Source of the DNA: a virus | Taxonomy: Duplodnaviria > Caudoviricetes | Strand: one strand, 5' to 3' | Virus record (IMG/VR): IMGVR_UViG_3300012919_000008 | Location: 1-55,741 of that record | Length of the DNA stretch: 55,741 nucleotides | Shown: piece by piece, positions 19,978 through 27,735 of the stretch | How positions within the stretch are numbered: position 1 is the first letter of the stretch | Layout: the number at the start of each line of letters is the position of its first letter | Notes under the pieces: generated by a model | Seen by the model: only the letters and a program-made list of their open reading frames with translations | Told to the model about the DNA's origin: nothing | The model's database searches: none | Program-made: the position numbers and the translations under genes

Positions 19978-20352
19978 CTAATCGTCCTCTTCTGCTTTTG
20001 CTTTAGGTGGCATTAGCATCACACCACCTGTTGCTTCTACTTGCATTTTCTCTGTCTTCACCAAACCTGTACGATCTAGTAACTCTTTAGCTGCTGACAT
20101 CTTATCTCGTATGCCTAGCTCTGTTGGATCTAGTAGTGCACCTGCCATAGCTACAGCAGCTCTAGGTGCATTACGTGCCATGTATTGTTGTGTGGCTTCT
20201 AATATCTCTTCTTTCAAACTCTTAACTATATTAGTTGTAGAAGATCCCTCTGCATATCCAGCTAGTTTCTTTGCAGTTGCTACATCACCATTTGCTTCAT
20301 CAAATAGCACCTCTAGAAACTTTAGCTGGTTCTCTGTATATTGTCTAGCCAT
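19978..20352 (-). CDS. Probable terminase small subunit
   Basis: TENQLKFL...AKKLAGY N-terminal HTH and AAKELLDR, both typical of TerS. Confidence 0.6.
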   Translation of the reverse strand: MARQYTENQLKFLEVLFDEANGDVATAKKLAGYAEGSSTTNIVKSLKEEILEATQQYMARNAPRAAVAMAGALLDPTELGIRDKMSAAKELLDRTGLVKTEKMQVEATGGVMLMPPKAKAEEDD

Positions 20353-20836
20353 TTAGCATTCCTGTTTTCATAATGTTACTTAGTCTTAGTGCTCTACCTT
20401 TTACCTGATCTGCCCATTTAGAATCTAACATCTCTAGAGCAGCAGTGCTATAATCACCTTTATGTATTGCTGCCCACATCTTTTTAAATCTATTTAAACG
20501 TGGCATACCTAAGTTAAATGCCATATTTATACATACCATCTGTCTAGCTTCATCTAGTTCTTCCACACATGGATGTGCTCTACATAATTCTTTTTCAACT
20601 ATAGCTATATCATTTCTTAGAAGATACCTAGCTCCATACAATGTAAGACCATTCATGTATACGTCCTGCAAAGATGTGTAACCTAAATGTTGAAGCTCTT
20701 CATCTGTTAAGCCTCTGTCTTCTAAGTTTCTGCCCACTCCTATTGTATCTATGTCAAGTGAATCAGTATAGACCTGTAATTCCATACCTTCATCAGCTAT
20801 CAACATCTCTACAAGTTTGTGTGAATCATACTTCAT
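20345..20836 (-). CDS. Phage lysozyme (GH24, T4-like endolysin)
   Basis: EG...YTDS...TIGVGRNL catalytic E/D/T pattern; NMAFNLG; SKWADQV. Confidence 0.88.
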   Translation of the reverse strand: MKYDSHKLVEMLIADEGMELQVYTDSLDIDTIGVGRNLEDRGLTDEELQHLGYTSLQDVYMNGLTLYGARYLLRNDIAIVEKELCRAHPCVEELDEARQMVCINMAFNLGMPRLNRFKKMWAAIHKGDYSTAALEMLDSKWADQVKGRALRLSNIMKTGMLNG

Positions 20837-21055
20837 CTATTTCTTCTTTGGCATTGCAAAACCAAAGTATGCACCAACAAGTGCAGACAATGAACCGTAC
20901 ATCATCATAAGAATACTGTCAGCCTCTGCAAATCTAGTAGGCCATATTAGTACAGCAGTCGTAGCTATAAGCATTGTACCTAATGCAGTCCATGCCATGT
21001 AACGTCTGTTAGATTGATATGCAACTTTGTCTACTATTACGTTTTCTTCTGCCAT
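20837..21055 (-). CDS. Two-TM membrane protein (holin/antiholin candidate)
   Basis: Two hydrophobic helices; adjacent to the endolysin gene. Confidence 0.55.
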   Translation of the reverse strand: MAEENVIVDKVAYQSNRRYMAWTALGTMLIATTAVLIWPTRFAEADSILMMMYGSLSALVGAYFGFAMPKKK

Positions 21056-21064
21056 GTTTCTCTC

Positions 21065-21454
21065 CTATTTTTTAAATAGTTTAGTGGCACTACGTACCCC
21101 AAACGATGCAGCTACGATTACTGAAAGGGCATATTTATACCAATCAGGCATCAACTGCAATTGTGCAAAACCTATTTGTACTATGTCTTCACAACCGGGA
21201 ACAAACGCCAGTACCAAAGGTATCGAAAATAAAATTGTAAGCCACTCATCTTTCCAACTACCCTCACTTGCTTTAGCCTGTGCTATATCCCAATCTATCT
21301 CACCTGTAGCCTGTCTCTCTTTTATCTTAGCTTCAGATTTAATAGTAACAATTTTAGCTTCTGTCTTAGCTTTCTTTTCAGCTACGTGACCATCTAACCA
21401 TGTACCAGCTAGGTTAGCTATTGGTCCTATCAAAGATCCTAAACCAAACATCAC
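21065..21454 (-). CDS. Holin-like membrane protein
   Basis: SWKDEW followed by hydrophobic segments and ASFG; in the lysis cluster. Confidence 0.6.
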   Translation of the reverse strand: MMFGLGSLIGPIANLAGTWLDGHVAEKKAKTEAKIVTIKSEAKIKERQATGEIDWDIAQAKASEGSWKDEWLTILFSIPLVLAFVPGCEDIVQIGFAQLQLMPDWYKYALSVIVAASFGVRSATKLFKK

Positions 21455-21699
21455 ACTCTCCTAAAACGTGCAGTCTTCTTTGCTATCTTTTTAGGTTGTT
21501 TAGCATGTTGTTTTTTACTTGCACGTTTAGCTCTAGTAGTAGCAGCATACTCACTTGGTGATAAGGCTTTTATTGCAGCAGTAGGTAAGTATCTTTCTCC
21601 TGTTGCTTTTGGTCCCTGCGTAGATGGCTTACCTGATTTTGTTCGCCACTTCTGTCTACCCCAAGCTGATAGGCTTTCCTGTCGTTTAGTCTTCGCCAT
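21451..21699 (-). CDS. Basic protein resembling the C-terminal half of DUF5872
   Basis: QESLSAWGRQKWRTKSGKPS...ERYLP; ATG at 21699 is the likelier start. Confidence 0.55.
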   Translation of the reverse strand: MAKTKRQESLSAWGRQKWRTKSGKPSTQGPKATGERYLPTAAIKALSPSEYAATTRAKRASKKQHAKQPKKIAKKTARFRRV

Positions 21700-21796
21700 T
21701 AGATTCTTCTTTATCGTGACAGCCACATTTGCAAACATTAGGGTCGCAATTACATTCTATACAACTGTCACATTTACACGTATTGTCTTCTACCAT
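21686..21796 (-). CDS. Metallothionein-like Cys-rich peptide (36 aa); absent from the ORF track
   Basis: MVEDNTCKCDSCIECNCDPNVCKCGCHDKEESNGED with an upstream AGGA. Confidence 0.6.
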   Translation of the reverse strand: MVEDNTCKCDSCIECNCDPNVCKCGCHDKEESNGED

Positions 21797-21845
21797 TGTA
21801 TAAGTCCTACCTTCATAGTAACGTCTGTAATAACCCATGTGACCA

Positions 21846-22139
21846 TCAACTCTTATAGCCACCACCTTTTGCTTTATATTGCTTTGCTAGCATTTGAGCT
21901 TTTCTCGCTGACCATTGCCCCGGAGCACCGCCTTTTCCACCAGCCTTAATACTATTAAATAATCTTTTACGCATACCCGGCTGAGTGTAGTTACCTGATT
22001 TATTTACAGTGCTCCCACCTGATTTTAGTTTAAGCGCACTAAGTTGCTTAGACTGCTTCTTATGTGCAGCACTAGCTTTAGCTAACTTACCTGCTACTTT
22101 TTTTACTACTCTTTTTGCTTTTGTGTTTTGTTTTGCCAT
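21846..22139 (-). CDS. Basic protein resembling the N-terminal half of DUF5872
   Basis: NYTQP...GGKGGAPGQWSARKAQMLAKQYKAKGGGY. Confidence 0.6.
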   Translation of the reverse strand: MAKQNTKAKRVVKKVAGKLAKASAAHKKQSKQLSALKLKSGGSTVNKSGNYTQPGMRKRLFNSIKAGGKGGAPGQWSARKAQMLAKQYKAKGGGYKS

Positions 22140-22809
22140 TTGAATACAGATTGTTAAAAGTTACAGATGGGTCTAAGTAAGACTCATGTCCTTCTGCTGA
22201 ATGTGACCACTGTGAGGGTGTAAAGTCTGGTGCACCCTCTCCAGTGCGCCATAAAGCAGGACTCGTAGCCCTGACCCTATTGTTAGGTAATGCTACAAAG
22301 TTCCCTGTCCAGTTACCAGCATCTGTTAAGTATAGTACATGTGATTGCTTATGCTGTGCAGGATCATCTGCAATATCATTACCTGTGTAGTCCACGGTAA
22401 ATAAATATTTACCTGTGTAGAAATCACCTCCTATTTTACATAACCAAGGCGATGAACTTACTCTGTCTAATACGACTGTACTATGGTCACGTGACTCACA
22501 ATCCCAAGGTTGACACAGATGGTCTTCCATAGGTTCAGGCCAATATTCTAGAGGTATGTCAGCTACCAATGCTTGTATTGGCATTCTAGCCCACATAGCT
22601 CCACCATGCACGTTTTCTGTAGGTCCATCTTCCCTATCTATCTCACATCCTGTAAATACAATATGAAAGCTAAGTGATCTATCTGGTATTGTATTCACTG
22701 CGAATGCTATCGCATGAAGAAAGTCACCGTGATAATTTTGATGGTTACTAGTAAACTCTCTTCTAACCCAACAATTAAAGTGGGGTACGTTACTAATTAG
22801 ATTGGGCAT
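22087..22809 (-). CDS. Hypothetical phage protein
   Basis: 240 aa globular ORF with W/C/H-rich motifs (QPWDC, HKQSH, PNNR). Confidence 0.65.
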   Translation of the reverse strand: MPNLISNVPHFNCWVRREFTSNHQNYHGDFLHAIAFAVNTIPDRSLSFHIVFTGCEIDREDGPTENVHGGAMWARMPIQALVADIPLEYWPEPMEDHLCQPWDCESRDHSTVVLDRVSSSPWLCKIGGDFYTGKYLFTVDYTGNDIADDPAQHKQSHVLYLTDAGNWTGNFVALPNNRVRATSPALWRTGEGAPDFTPSQWSHSAEGHESYLDPSVTFNNLYSNGKTKHKSKKSSKKSSR

Positions 22810-22925
22810 TACCTACGTCTGGTAGCTCCACCTCTGGACATTTTTTTAGTTTTCATACCACCGTATCTCATTTTGGTGGCTCCTCCTTTAGCCATTTTCT
22901 TTGTCTTCTTTTTGTGCATAGGCAT
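22809..22925 (-). CDS. 38-aa basic peptide with three MxxGG repeats; absent from the ORF track
   Basis: MPMHKKKTKKMAKGGATKMRYGGMKTKKMSRGGATRRR; AGGAG RBS upstream; TAATG coupling to the next gene. Confidence 0.7.
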   Translation of the reverse strand: MPMHKKKTKKMAKGGATKMRYGGMKTKKMSRGGATRRR

Positions 22926-22927
22926 GG

Positions 22928-23221
22928 TTATGTTCTCCTTTTTTTGTTTGCCGATCTAAGTTGCTCCTTCGCCTTTTTCGCTATAGCAACAACCTCATTC
23001 TTTCCCATCACTTTAGCACGTTGCTCCATAACTGTCAAGATTTGTATCTTACGTGCAAATGGTTTTTTTATCTTCTTTACTTTTGCTACTGTCTTCCTAG
23101 CGTCAGCAGGTGTAGCAAACTTTATGCTCACAGTGTCCTCTGGGTTTTCATCTGTGTACAGTCTACGTCCACTACCCTTTGGTTTTTTACCTGTACCCTT
23201 TTTAGGATCAGGTTTAGACAT
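22928..23221 (-). CDS. Small basic hypothetical protein
   Basis: GRRLYTDENP...TVMEQRAK; Lys-rich. Confidence 0.6.
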   Translation of the reverse strand: MSKPDPKKGTGKKPKGSGRRLYTDENPEDTVSIKFATPADARKTVAKVKKIKKPFARKIQILTVMEQRAKVMGKNEVVAIAKKAKEQLRSANKKRRT

Positions 23222-23546
23222 TGTATCCCATCTTCTTAACTACGTCAGGTCTAACTTTAGCTAATGCTTTTAAACCTTTCATGTTATCTTTTACTTGTCC
23301 ACCAGCAGCGTACATATGCTTTTTCATATTTGCTGTACCACCATAGGCCATTGCAGGTTTCTTAACAGCACCACCCATAGATTTTTGCATAGGTTTATTT
23401 CCTTTTGTTTTTTTAGCTTCTTTTGCTTTTAGTTTTTCTATACGTTTTTCCGCATAGTCTACCGCATCCTGTAAAGATGCATCAGGTTTATACTTTTGAT
23501 ATTCAGCTATATATCCCTCTCTTAAACTATCATACTTATCTGCCAT
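23214..23546 (-). CDS. Small basic protein with xxGG motifs
   Basis: KSMGG, MAYGG, YAAGG. Confidence 0.6.
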   Translation of the reverse strand: MADKYDSLREGYIAEYQKYKPDASLQDAVDYAEKRIEKLKAKEAKKTKGNKPMQKSMGGAVKKPAMAYGGTANMKKHMYAAGGQVKDNMKGLKALAKVRPDVVKKMGYNV

Positions 23547-23843
23547 TTAACACTTCCACTTCCTTAGAGCTTTATTGATCCTTGAGTTTGGATCATTTCT
23601 AGTTTTTGCACTAGTGAGCTTCTTTTTCATGCCACCCATTCTAGCACAGAAAGACTTACGTCGATTAGCAGCCTTTGATCCTTTTTTAACTTTGCCAGTT
23701 ACAGGTGCTTTTAAATTATGCCCTGCACGTTTAGCCTTTGCCCTACCTGCTGCCGTTAAACCTCCAGTAGGACTCTTATCTTTCTTTGTAAACTTTACAG
23801 GTCTACGTTTTCTGCCCGGTCTAGCCATCTTTCCATCCTTCAA
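23547..23843 (-). CDS. Small basic protein (DUF6321-like)
   Basis: GGLTAAGR...RRKSFCARM...ALRKWKC. Confidence 0.6.
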   Translation of the reverse strand: MKDGKMARPGRKRRPVKFTKKDKSPTGGLTAAGRAKAKRAGHNLKAPVTGKVKKGSKAANRRKSFCARMGGMKKKLTSAKTRNDPNSRINKALRKWKC

Positions 23844-24012
23844 GTAACATGCTTTTCTCTACATGCTCTAAGGTATACTTTACACCTGTAGCTTTCTCTA
23901 TTGCTGTACGCACATAAAACACATCACTGTGGGGTATGTGTAAATACTTTAGGGTTTTATTCTTTAGTGCCTCGTAAAATTCTACTAAAACATCTTCTGT
24001 GTATAGTTTCAC
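23821..24012 (-). CDS. Hypothetical protein
   Basis: 63-aa ORF in the operon, overlapping the next gene. Confidence 0.5.
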   Translation of the reverse strand: MKLYTEDVLVEFYEALKNKTLKYLHIPHSDVFYVRTAIEKATGVKYTLEHVEKSMLLEGWKDG

Positions 24013-24117
24013 ATGCCAATCTTTCCAAACGAAAATGCAAGTGCTACAAAACCAGCTATCACAAGTACAGCTACGATTAACCTCATAGCATCTCTGTCTA
24101 ACATTATCATCTGTATT

Positions 24118-24354
24118 CTATTGCCTATACGTGATAGTATATTCTTGTAGTCCATCTATGTGCTCCTTATATGGGTCTAGATCTATGCTTGCAATTACGG
24201 CATCAATATTACTGTGCCAATATCTTAAAAATCTATTTATACGTGGATATTCTGGTATTACATCTACAGTGCCCCACGTAAATTCCTGCACTAAGTTGTT
24301 ATAGTCTGGCAAAAAGTAATAAACACGTAGTAATACTGGTTCTCTAACTAGCAT
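24118..24354 (-). CDS. Usg-like protein
   Basis: YYFLPDY..LVQEFTW...D..PEYPR..RFL.YW...ID matches the alphaproteobacterial Usg pattern, recognised by eye. Confidence 0.55.
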   Translation of the reverse strand: MLVREPVLLRVYYFLPDYNNLVQEFTWGTVDVIPEYPRINRFLRYWHSNIDAVIASIDLDPYKEHIDGLQEYTITYRQ

Positions 24355-24360
24355 ATAACT

Positions 24361-24522
24361 CTATTTAGAGTTCCACAGATCAAATAAACTCTTTACTTTC
24401 TCTTTTAGTACGACAATATCACCATGCATTTTAGCTAACACGATAATTAAAGTTACTATGCCCAGCAATATAGGCCAAGCACGGATAAATAAATCTATAA
24501 TAGAGATTGATTCAGGATTCAT
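24361..24522 (-). CDS. 53-aa single-TM protein; absent from the ORF track
   Basis: MNPESISIIDLFIRAWPILLGIVTLIIVLAKMHGD...; GAGG RBS. Confidence 0.55.
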   Translation of the reverse strand: MNPESISIIDLFIRAWPILLGIVTLIIVLAKMHGDIVVLKEKVKSLFDLWNSK

Positions 24523-24628
24523 TTAATTGCCTCACTATAAGTGTACACTTAAGTGTTATATCTAAGTATTTTTTAGTTTTATTTAAGGGAGTTTTTAGTG
24601 TATCACTTTAAGTGATCTATTATATGTA

Positions 24629-24661
24629 CATAGTTATACTCATTAGATCAACCCCTGTCAA
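24629..24661 (-). promoter_or_regulatory. Sigma70-like promoter heading the leftward arm
   Basis: TTGACA-17 nt-TATAAC-TATG. Confidence 0.7.
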
Positions 24662-25063
24662 CTAAAAAATTAAAAAATACTAAAAATAATTAAAAATATC
24701 GTAAATGTGTGTCTAATATGCAACATATTATTGTCAGTTGCTACTGTGGTTAACACTTAATTTTCCTAATCTGTGTGTTTGTACAAGCATATATACGTAC
24801 CAACGGGGGGTGGACCATGCCCTGACTGCCATTTTTTTAAAAATAATCTTTTTTTTGAGACATTTTTTAAGATCCGCAGAAAATAAGGCTTTTTTGTCTC
24901 GACTCAAGATTTAAAAGGCAACTGATATGGCATCAGTTCCTTTCATTTGATCTTTTCGATGGTGGGGTTTTTGGGTGGTGCTCTTTTGACAACAGACAAC
25001 TATGAAATGAAGCACCCTATCCCCTCACTTCAAATGGTCCACAAAATACCACCCCATCAAATC

Positions 25064-25080
25064 GGTGGGACTGTCCCACC
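25064..25080. promoter_or_regulatory. Palindrome copy 1, GGTGGGACTGTCCCACC
   Basis: Perfect 8-1-8 inverted repeat that recurs four times. Confidence 0.8.
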
Positions 25081-25087
25081 TTAAATT

Positions 25088-25110
25088 ATTTCGGCTGCAG
25101 TAGCTTAAAC
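25088..25110 (+). repeat. 23-bp direct repeat, copy 1 (ATTTCGGCTGCAGTAGCTTAAAC)
   Basis: Identical to 26018-26040. Confidence 0.9.
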
Positions 25111-25113
25111 CAT

Positions 25114-25142
25114 TTGACTGTATTTGATCACTTCTATATAAG
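25114..25142 (+). promoter_or_regulatory. Early sigma70-like promoter
   Basis: TTGACT-17 nt-TATAAG. Confidence 0.65.
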
Positions 25143-25196
25143 AGTAGTTATTCCACATCGTTTGAATGTGGTTTTTAACCAATGAGGTAAACAAAA

Positions 25197-25799
25197 ATGA
25201 AAAAGTTAGATACTACAAAAGAATTAGAATTCGTTGCAGATATTGCTCAGGAACTATTACCGAAAATTAAAAAAGGTAATCAAGAATTCAGGAAAGAAGT
25301 ATTTTCGGGTCGAACATCTGAAATGCTCACTTCTATGAATAAGCTACTTGATGTAGATGATAAGTTTCAGTGGGGTGATACTTTCAAAGGTTACACAAAG
25401 GAACAAAGGAAAGCCTATGTGTTTGTAGCTAAGAATTTGCACCATGCAATCAAGTTAAACAAAGAAAATGGTTATCATAAGCTAATCACTAAAAAAGATG
25501 GTAGCACCGAAAATAAGAAAGTTGATTTCTACAGTGGTACATCTATGGAGGGTTTAGAAAAAATGCTCCGTAGGTACATTGCTTATCTTGATGGTCCATC
25601 TGCTAAAAGCTACCAATCATTTGAAAAGCTAATTGATCACGTAGTTGAACACGTTCAAACGCAAGGTTACAACTACAAAGAATTAGTTGAATGTTGCGCT
25701 CAATTGTTAGGCTTTGAAATTGATAGTGATAGTTCTGATATTAACGTCTTAGAATTAGATCCTCTAACAATCGAAAAGAAATCCAAAAAAGTAGCTTAA
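25197..25799 (+). CDS. Orphan 200-aa protein in its own transcription unit
   Basis: GAGGT RBS, own promoter and terminator; no recognisable family. Confidence 0.75.
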   Translation: MKKLDTTKELEFVADIAQELLPKIKKGNQEFRKEVFSGRTSEMLTSMNKLLDVDDKFQWGDTFKGYTKEQRKAYVFVAKNLHHAIKLNKENGYHKLITKKDGSTENKKVDFYSGTSMEGLEKMLRRYIAYLDGPSAKSYQSFEKLIDHVVEHVQTQGYNYKELVECCAQLLGFEIDSDSSDINVLELDPLTIEKKSKKVA

Positions 25800-25820
25800 T
25801 ACTTTAAACCTTTTTAACTT

Positions 25821-25852
25821 AGGGTGATAGCTTCGGTTATCACCCTTTTTTT
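25821..25852 (+). terminator. Intrinsic terminator
   Basis: AGGGTGATAGC-TTCG-GTTATCACCCT followed by a T run. Confidence 0.9.
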
Positions 25853-25962
25853 ATGCCTAGATTTAGAACCCATTTAAACGCTCATACAGCACCCTTAAAT
25901 CGTTTCTAGTACTATCCTACCTTAAACACCTTAAACGCTCTTACAGCGCATTCTCGACAGTC

Positions 25963-25992
25963 TTGACTGTATCCCATGCTCTAAGCTACTAT
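25963..25992 (+). promoter_or_regulatory. Early sigma70-like promoter
   Basis: TTGACT-18 nt-TACTAT; shares TTGACTGTAT with the 25114 promoter. Confidence 0.6.
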
Positions 25993-26017
25993 AGGTATAG
26001 TTAGAAATCACTTATTG

Positions 26018-26040
26018 ATTTCGGCTGCAGTAGCTTAAAC
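26018..26040 (+). repeat. 23-bp direct repeat, copy 2
   Basis: Identical to 25088-25110. Confidence 0.9.
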
Positions 26041-26049
26041 GATCACTTA

Positions 26050-26066
26050 GGTGGGACTGTCCCACC
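26050..26066. promoter_or_regulatory. Palindrome copy 2, GGTGGGACTGTCCCACC
   Basis: Identical to copy 1. Confidence 0.8.
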
Positions 26067-26090
26067 GATTACTTGAAAGGTTTTTACTCT

Positions 26091-26309
26091 ATGAAATACA
26101 AAAGAATTGTAGAAAAATCGAGTGACAAATTGTCGAGTTGGTATCCAAAACAAGTTGGACGAGTTGTTGACGACATGTCGCTAATGACGAACCGACAATT
26201 TGACGAGATGTTTAGACGAGTATCGCATAAACCTAGACGAGTTGACACGAAGCTAAATGCAATGCTATCCATAATCAGACAACAACAAGGAAGGACGAGT
26301 ACTAAATGA
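26091..26309 (+). CDS. Hypothetical early protein
   Basis: ATG at 26091 after AAGG; ATGA coupling to the next gene. Confidence 0.55.
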   Translation: MKYKRIVEKSSDKLSSWYPKQVGRVVDDMSLMTNRQFDEMFRRVSHKPRRVDTKLNAMLSIIRQQQGRTSTK

Positions 26310-26608
26310 CAAAACACGTTTTGCTTCACGATGACTACGTGAAACGCAAGAAACAGTTTGAGGAAAAAGGTAGAACTGCTTACCTTGCAAGTGACGTCGA
26401 AAATTTTGCCAGCCTTACAGCAGAGTTTATGGCGTTTGTCGATACATACATTGACGGCATAACCGACAAGTATTTGAAACGAGATCGTCTGTTTTGTAAG
26501 ACGCTTGTCACACAAAGACAAATCATTAAAGACTACGAAAGTTTTATTGATGACATAAAGCAAAGGGTGGACGATAACTTTGCCGAAGTAGCGAGAGGAG
26601 GTGACTAA
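26306..26608 (+). CDS. Hypothetical early protein
   Basis: 100 aa with AGGA RBS. Confidence 0.6.
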   Translation: MTKHVLLHDDYVKRKKQFEEKGRTAYLASDVENFASLTAEFMAFVDTYIDGITDKYLKRDRLFCKTLVTQRQIIKDYESFIDDIKQRVDDNFAEVARGGD

Positions 26609-26767
26609 ATGACAATGGACATAGTGACGAGAGGTGACGACGAGAAGATTGCGTACCTCGAAATGGAGAACTTAGCAGTGATGCGTGACAATCGTATCCT
26701 TGCCAATCTGATACTCAAACAAGAGAAGTTAATTGAAAGGTTAAAGAGAAAGGCGATAGAGATATGA
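26609..26767 (+). CDS. 52-aa hypothetical protein; absent from the ORF track
   Basis: GGAGGT RBS; MTMDIVTRGDDEKIAYLEMENL... Confidence 0.55.
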   Translation: MTMDIVTRGDDEKIAYLEMENLAVMRDNRILANLILKQEKLIERLKRKAIEI

Positions 26768-26922
26768 ATCAAGTTGATAAATTCTTTAATGACTTTGTTA
26801 TGCTTCACAATGCCATGCAAGCCAAGACAGAGCAGGACACTAGACGCACAAAGTTAGAGGAGATCGACAGGACATGGGCAGCCATACAAGCCATTGACAC
26901 AAGTGGGACTGTCCCACGATGA
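26764..26922 (+). CDS. 52-aa hypothetical protein; absent from the ORF track
   Basis: ATGA overlap; MNQVDKFFNDFVMLHNAMQ... Confidence 0.45.
   Translation: MNQVDKFFNDFVMLHNAMQAKTEQDTRRTKLEEIDRTWAAIQAIDTSGTVPR
26903..26917. promoter_or_regulatory. Palindrome copy 3, GTGGGACTGTCCCAC
   Basis: 15-bp core lying between TTGACA (26894) and a TTGACG-18-TATGCT promoter (26929-26958). Confidence 0.75.
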
Positions 26923-27009
26923 CAGCACTTGACGAACTGACGATTGTCGCACTATGCTTTGTCATAGTAGTGATTGGTTTATATTGTTTTCAACGAGGAG
27001 ATTTATGAC

Positions 27010-27735
27010 ATGCCATATCGAGGTAAATTAATTGCTAGTGGTGCAGATGCCAAGACCATCAAAGGTAATGGAGAGAAGTATGAGACAGCCATTATGTACC
27101 TCATGCCTGACGACATCCTGTGTCCTTGGTCAAAACGTGCCAAGTGCAAAGACCCATGCCTAGTGTCAGCAGGTCGAGGTAAATTTAGCAATGTCGAACA
27201 GGCACGTATACGTAAGTCTAACTTATATCACAATGACAGGGACACGTTCATGGACATGTTGCAAACAGACATCCACAAGTTTCGTAGCTACTGTCACAAA
27301 CGAGACATACAACCTTGCGTCAGGCCTAATGGCACTAGTGACATACCCTTTGAGCGAGTGCCTGTTGGCAACAAGACCATCATGGAAGAGTTCGATGACG
27401 TAATCTTTTATGACTACACCAAGACGGTTAATCGTGTGTACAAAGATCCGTATCCACTGACGCTATCCTACAGTGGTGCTGACCCTGTGTATCAGTCCAA
27501 GGTAGAGAAAGCTATGCGGGAATTACCAGACGTAAACGTGGCAGTTGTGTTCAGGACACAGCAGATGTTGCATGACGCAATGGACTATGGTTTTATGGGC
27601 AGAGAGGTAATACATGCAGACAAAGACGATATGAGATTCCTAGATCCCAAGGGTACAATAGCAGGACTAGTAGCCAAGGGATCAGCTAAGACAGACACAT
27701 CAGGTTTTGTAGTTGACTACGACAGGAGGAACTAA
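27010..27735 (+). CDS. GP88-like phage protein with a Cys triad, possible radical-SAM-like Fe-S enzyme
   Basis: CPWSKRAKCKDPC (CX7CX3C), RPNGTSD, FYDYTK; ATG at 27010 follows GAGGAG. Confidence 0.55.
   Translation: MPYRGKLIASGADAKTIKGNGEKYETAIMYLMPDDILCPWSKRAKCKDPCLVSAGRGKFSNVEQARIRKSNLYHNDRDTFMDMLQTDIHKFRSYCHKRDIQPCVRPNGTSDIPFERVPVGNKTIMEEFDDVIFYDYTKTVNRVYKDPYPLTLSYSGADPVYQSKVEKAMRELPDVNVAVVFRTQQMLHDAMDYGFMGREVIHADKDDMRFLDPKGTIAGLVAKGSAKTDTSGFVVDYDRRN

Noticed and set aside
25088-25160. tRNA gene starting at GCTGCAGTAGCTTAA
   Set aside because: No anticodon arm, TTC T-loop or acceptor pairing follows; no tRNA gene was recognised in the window.
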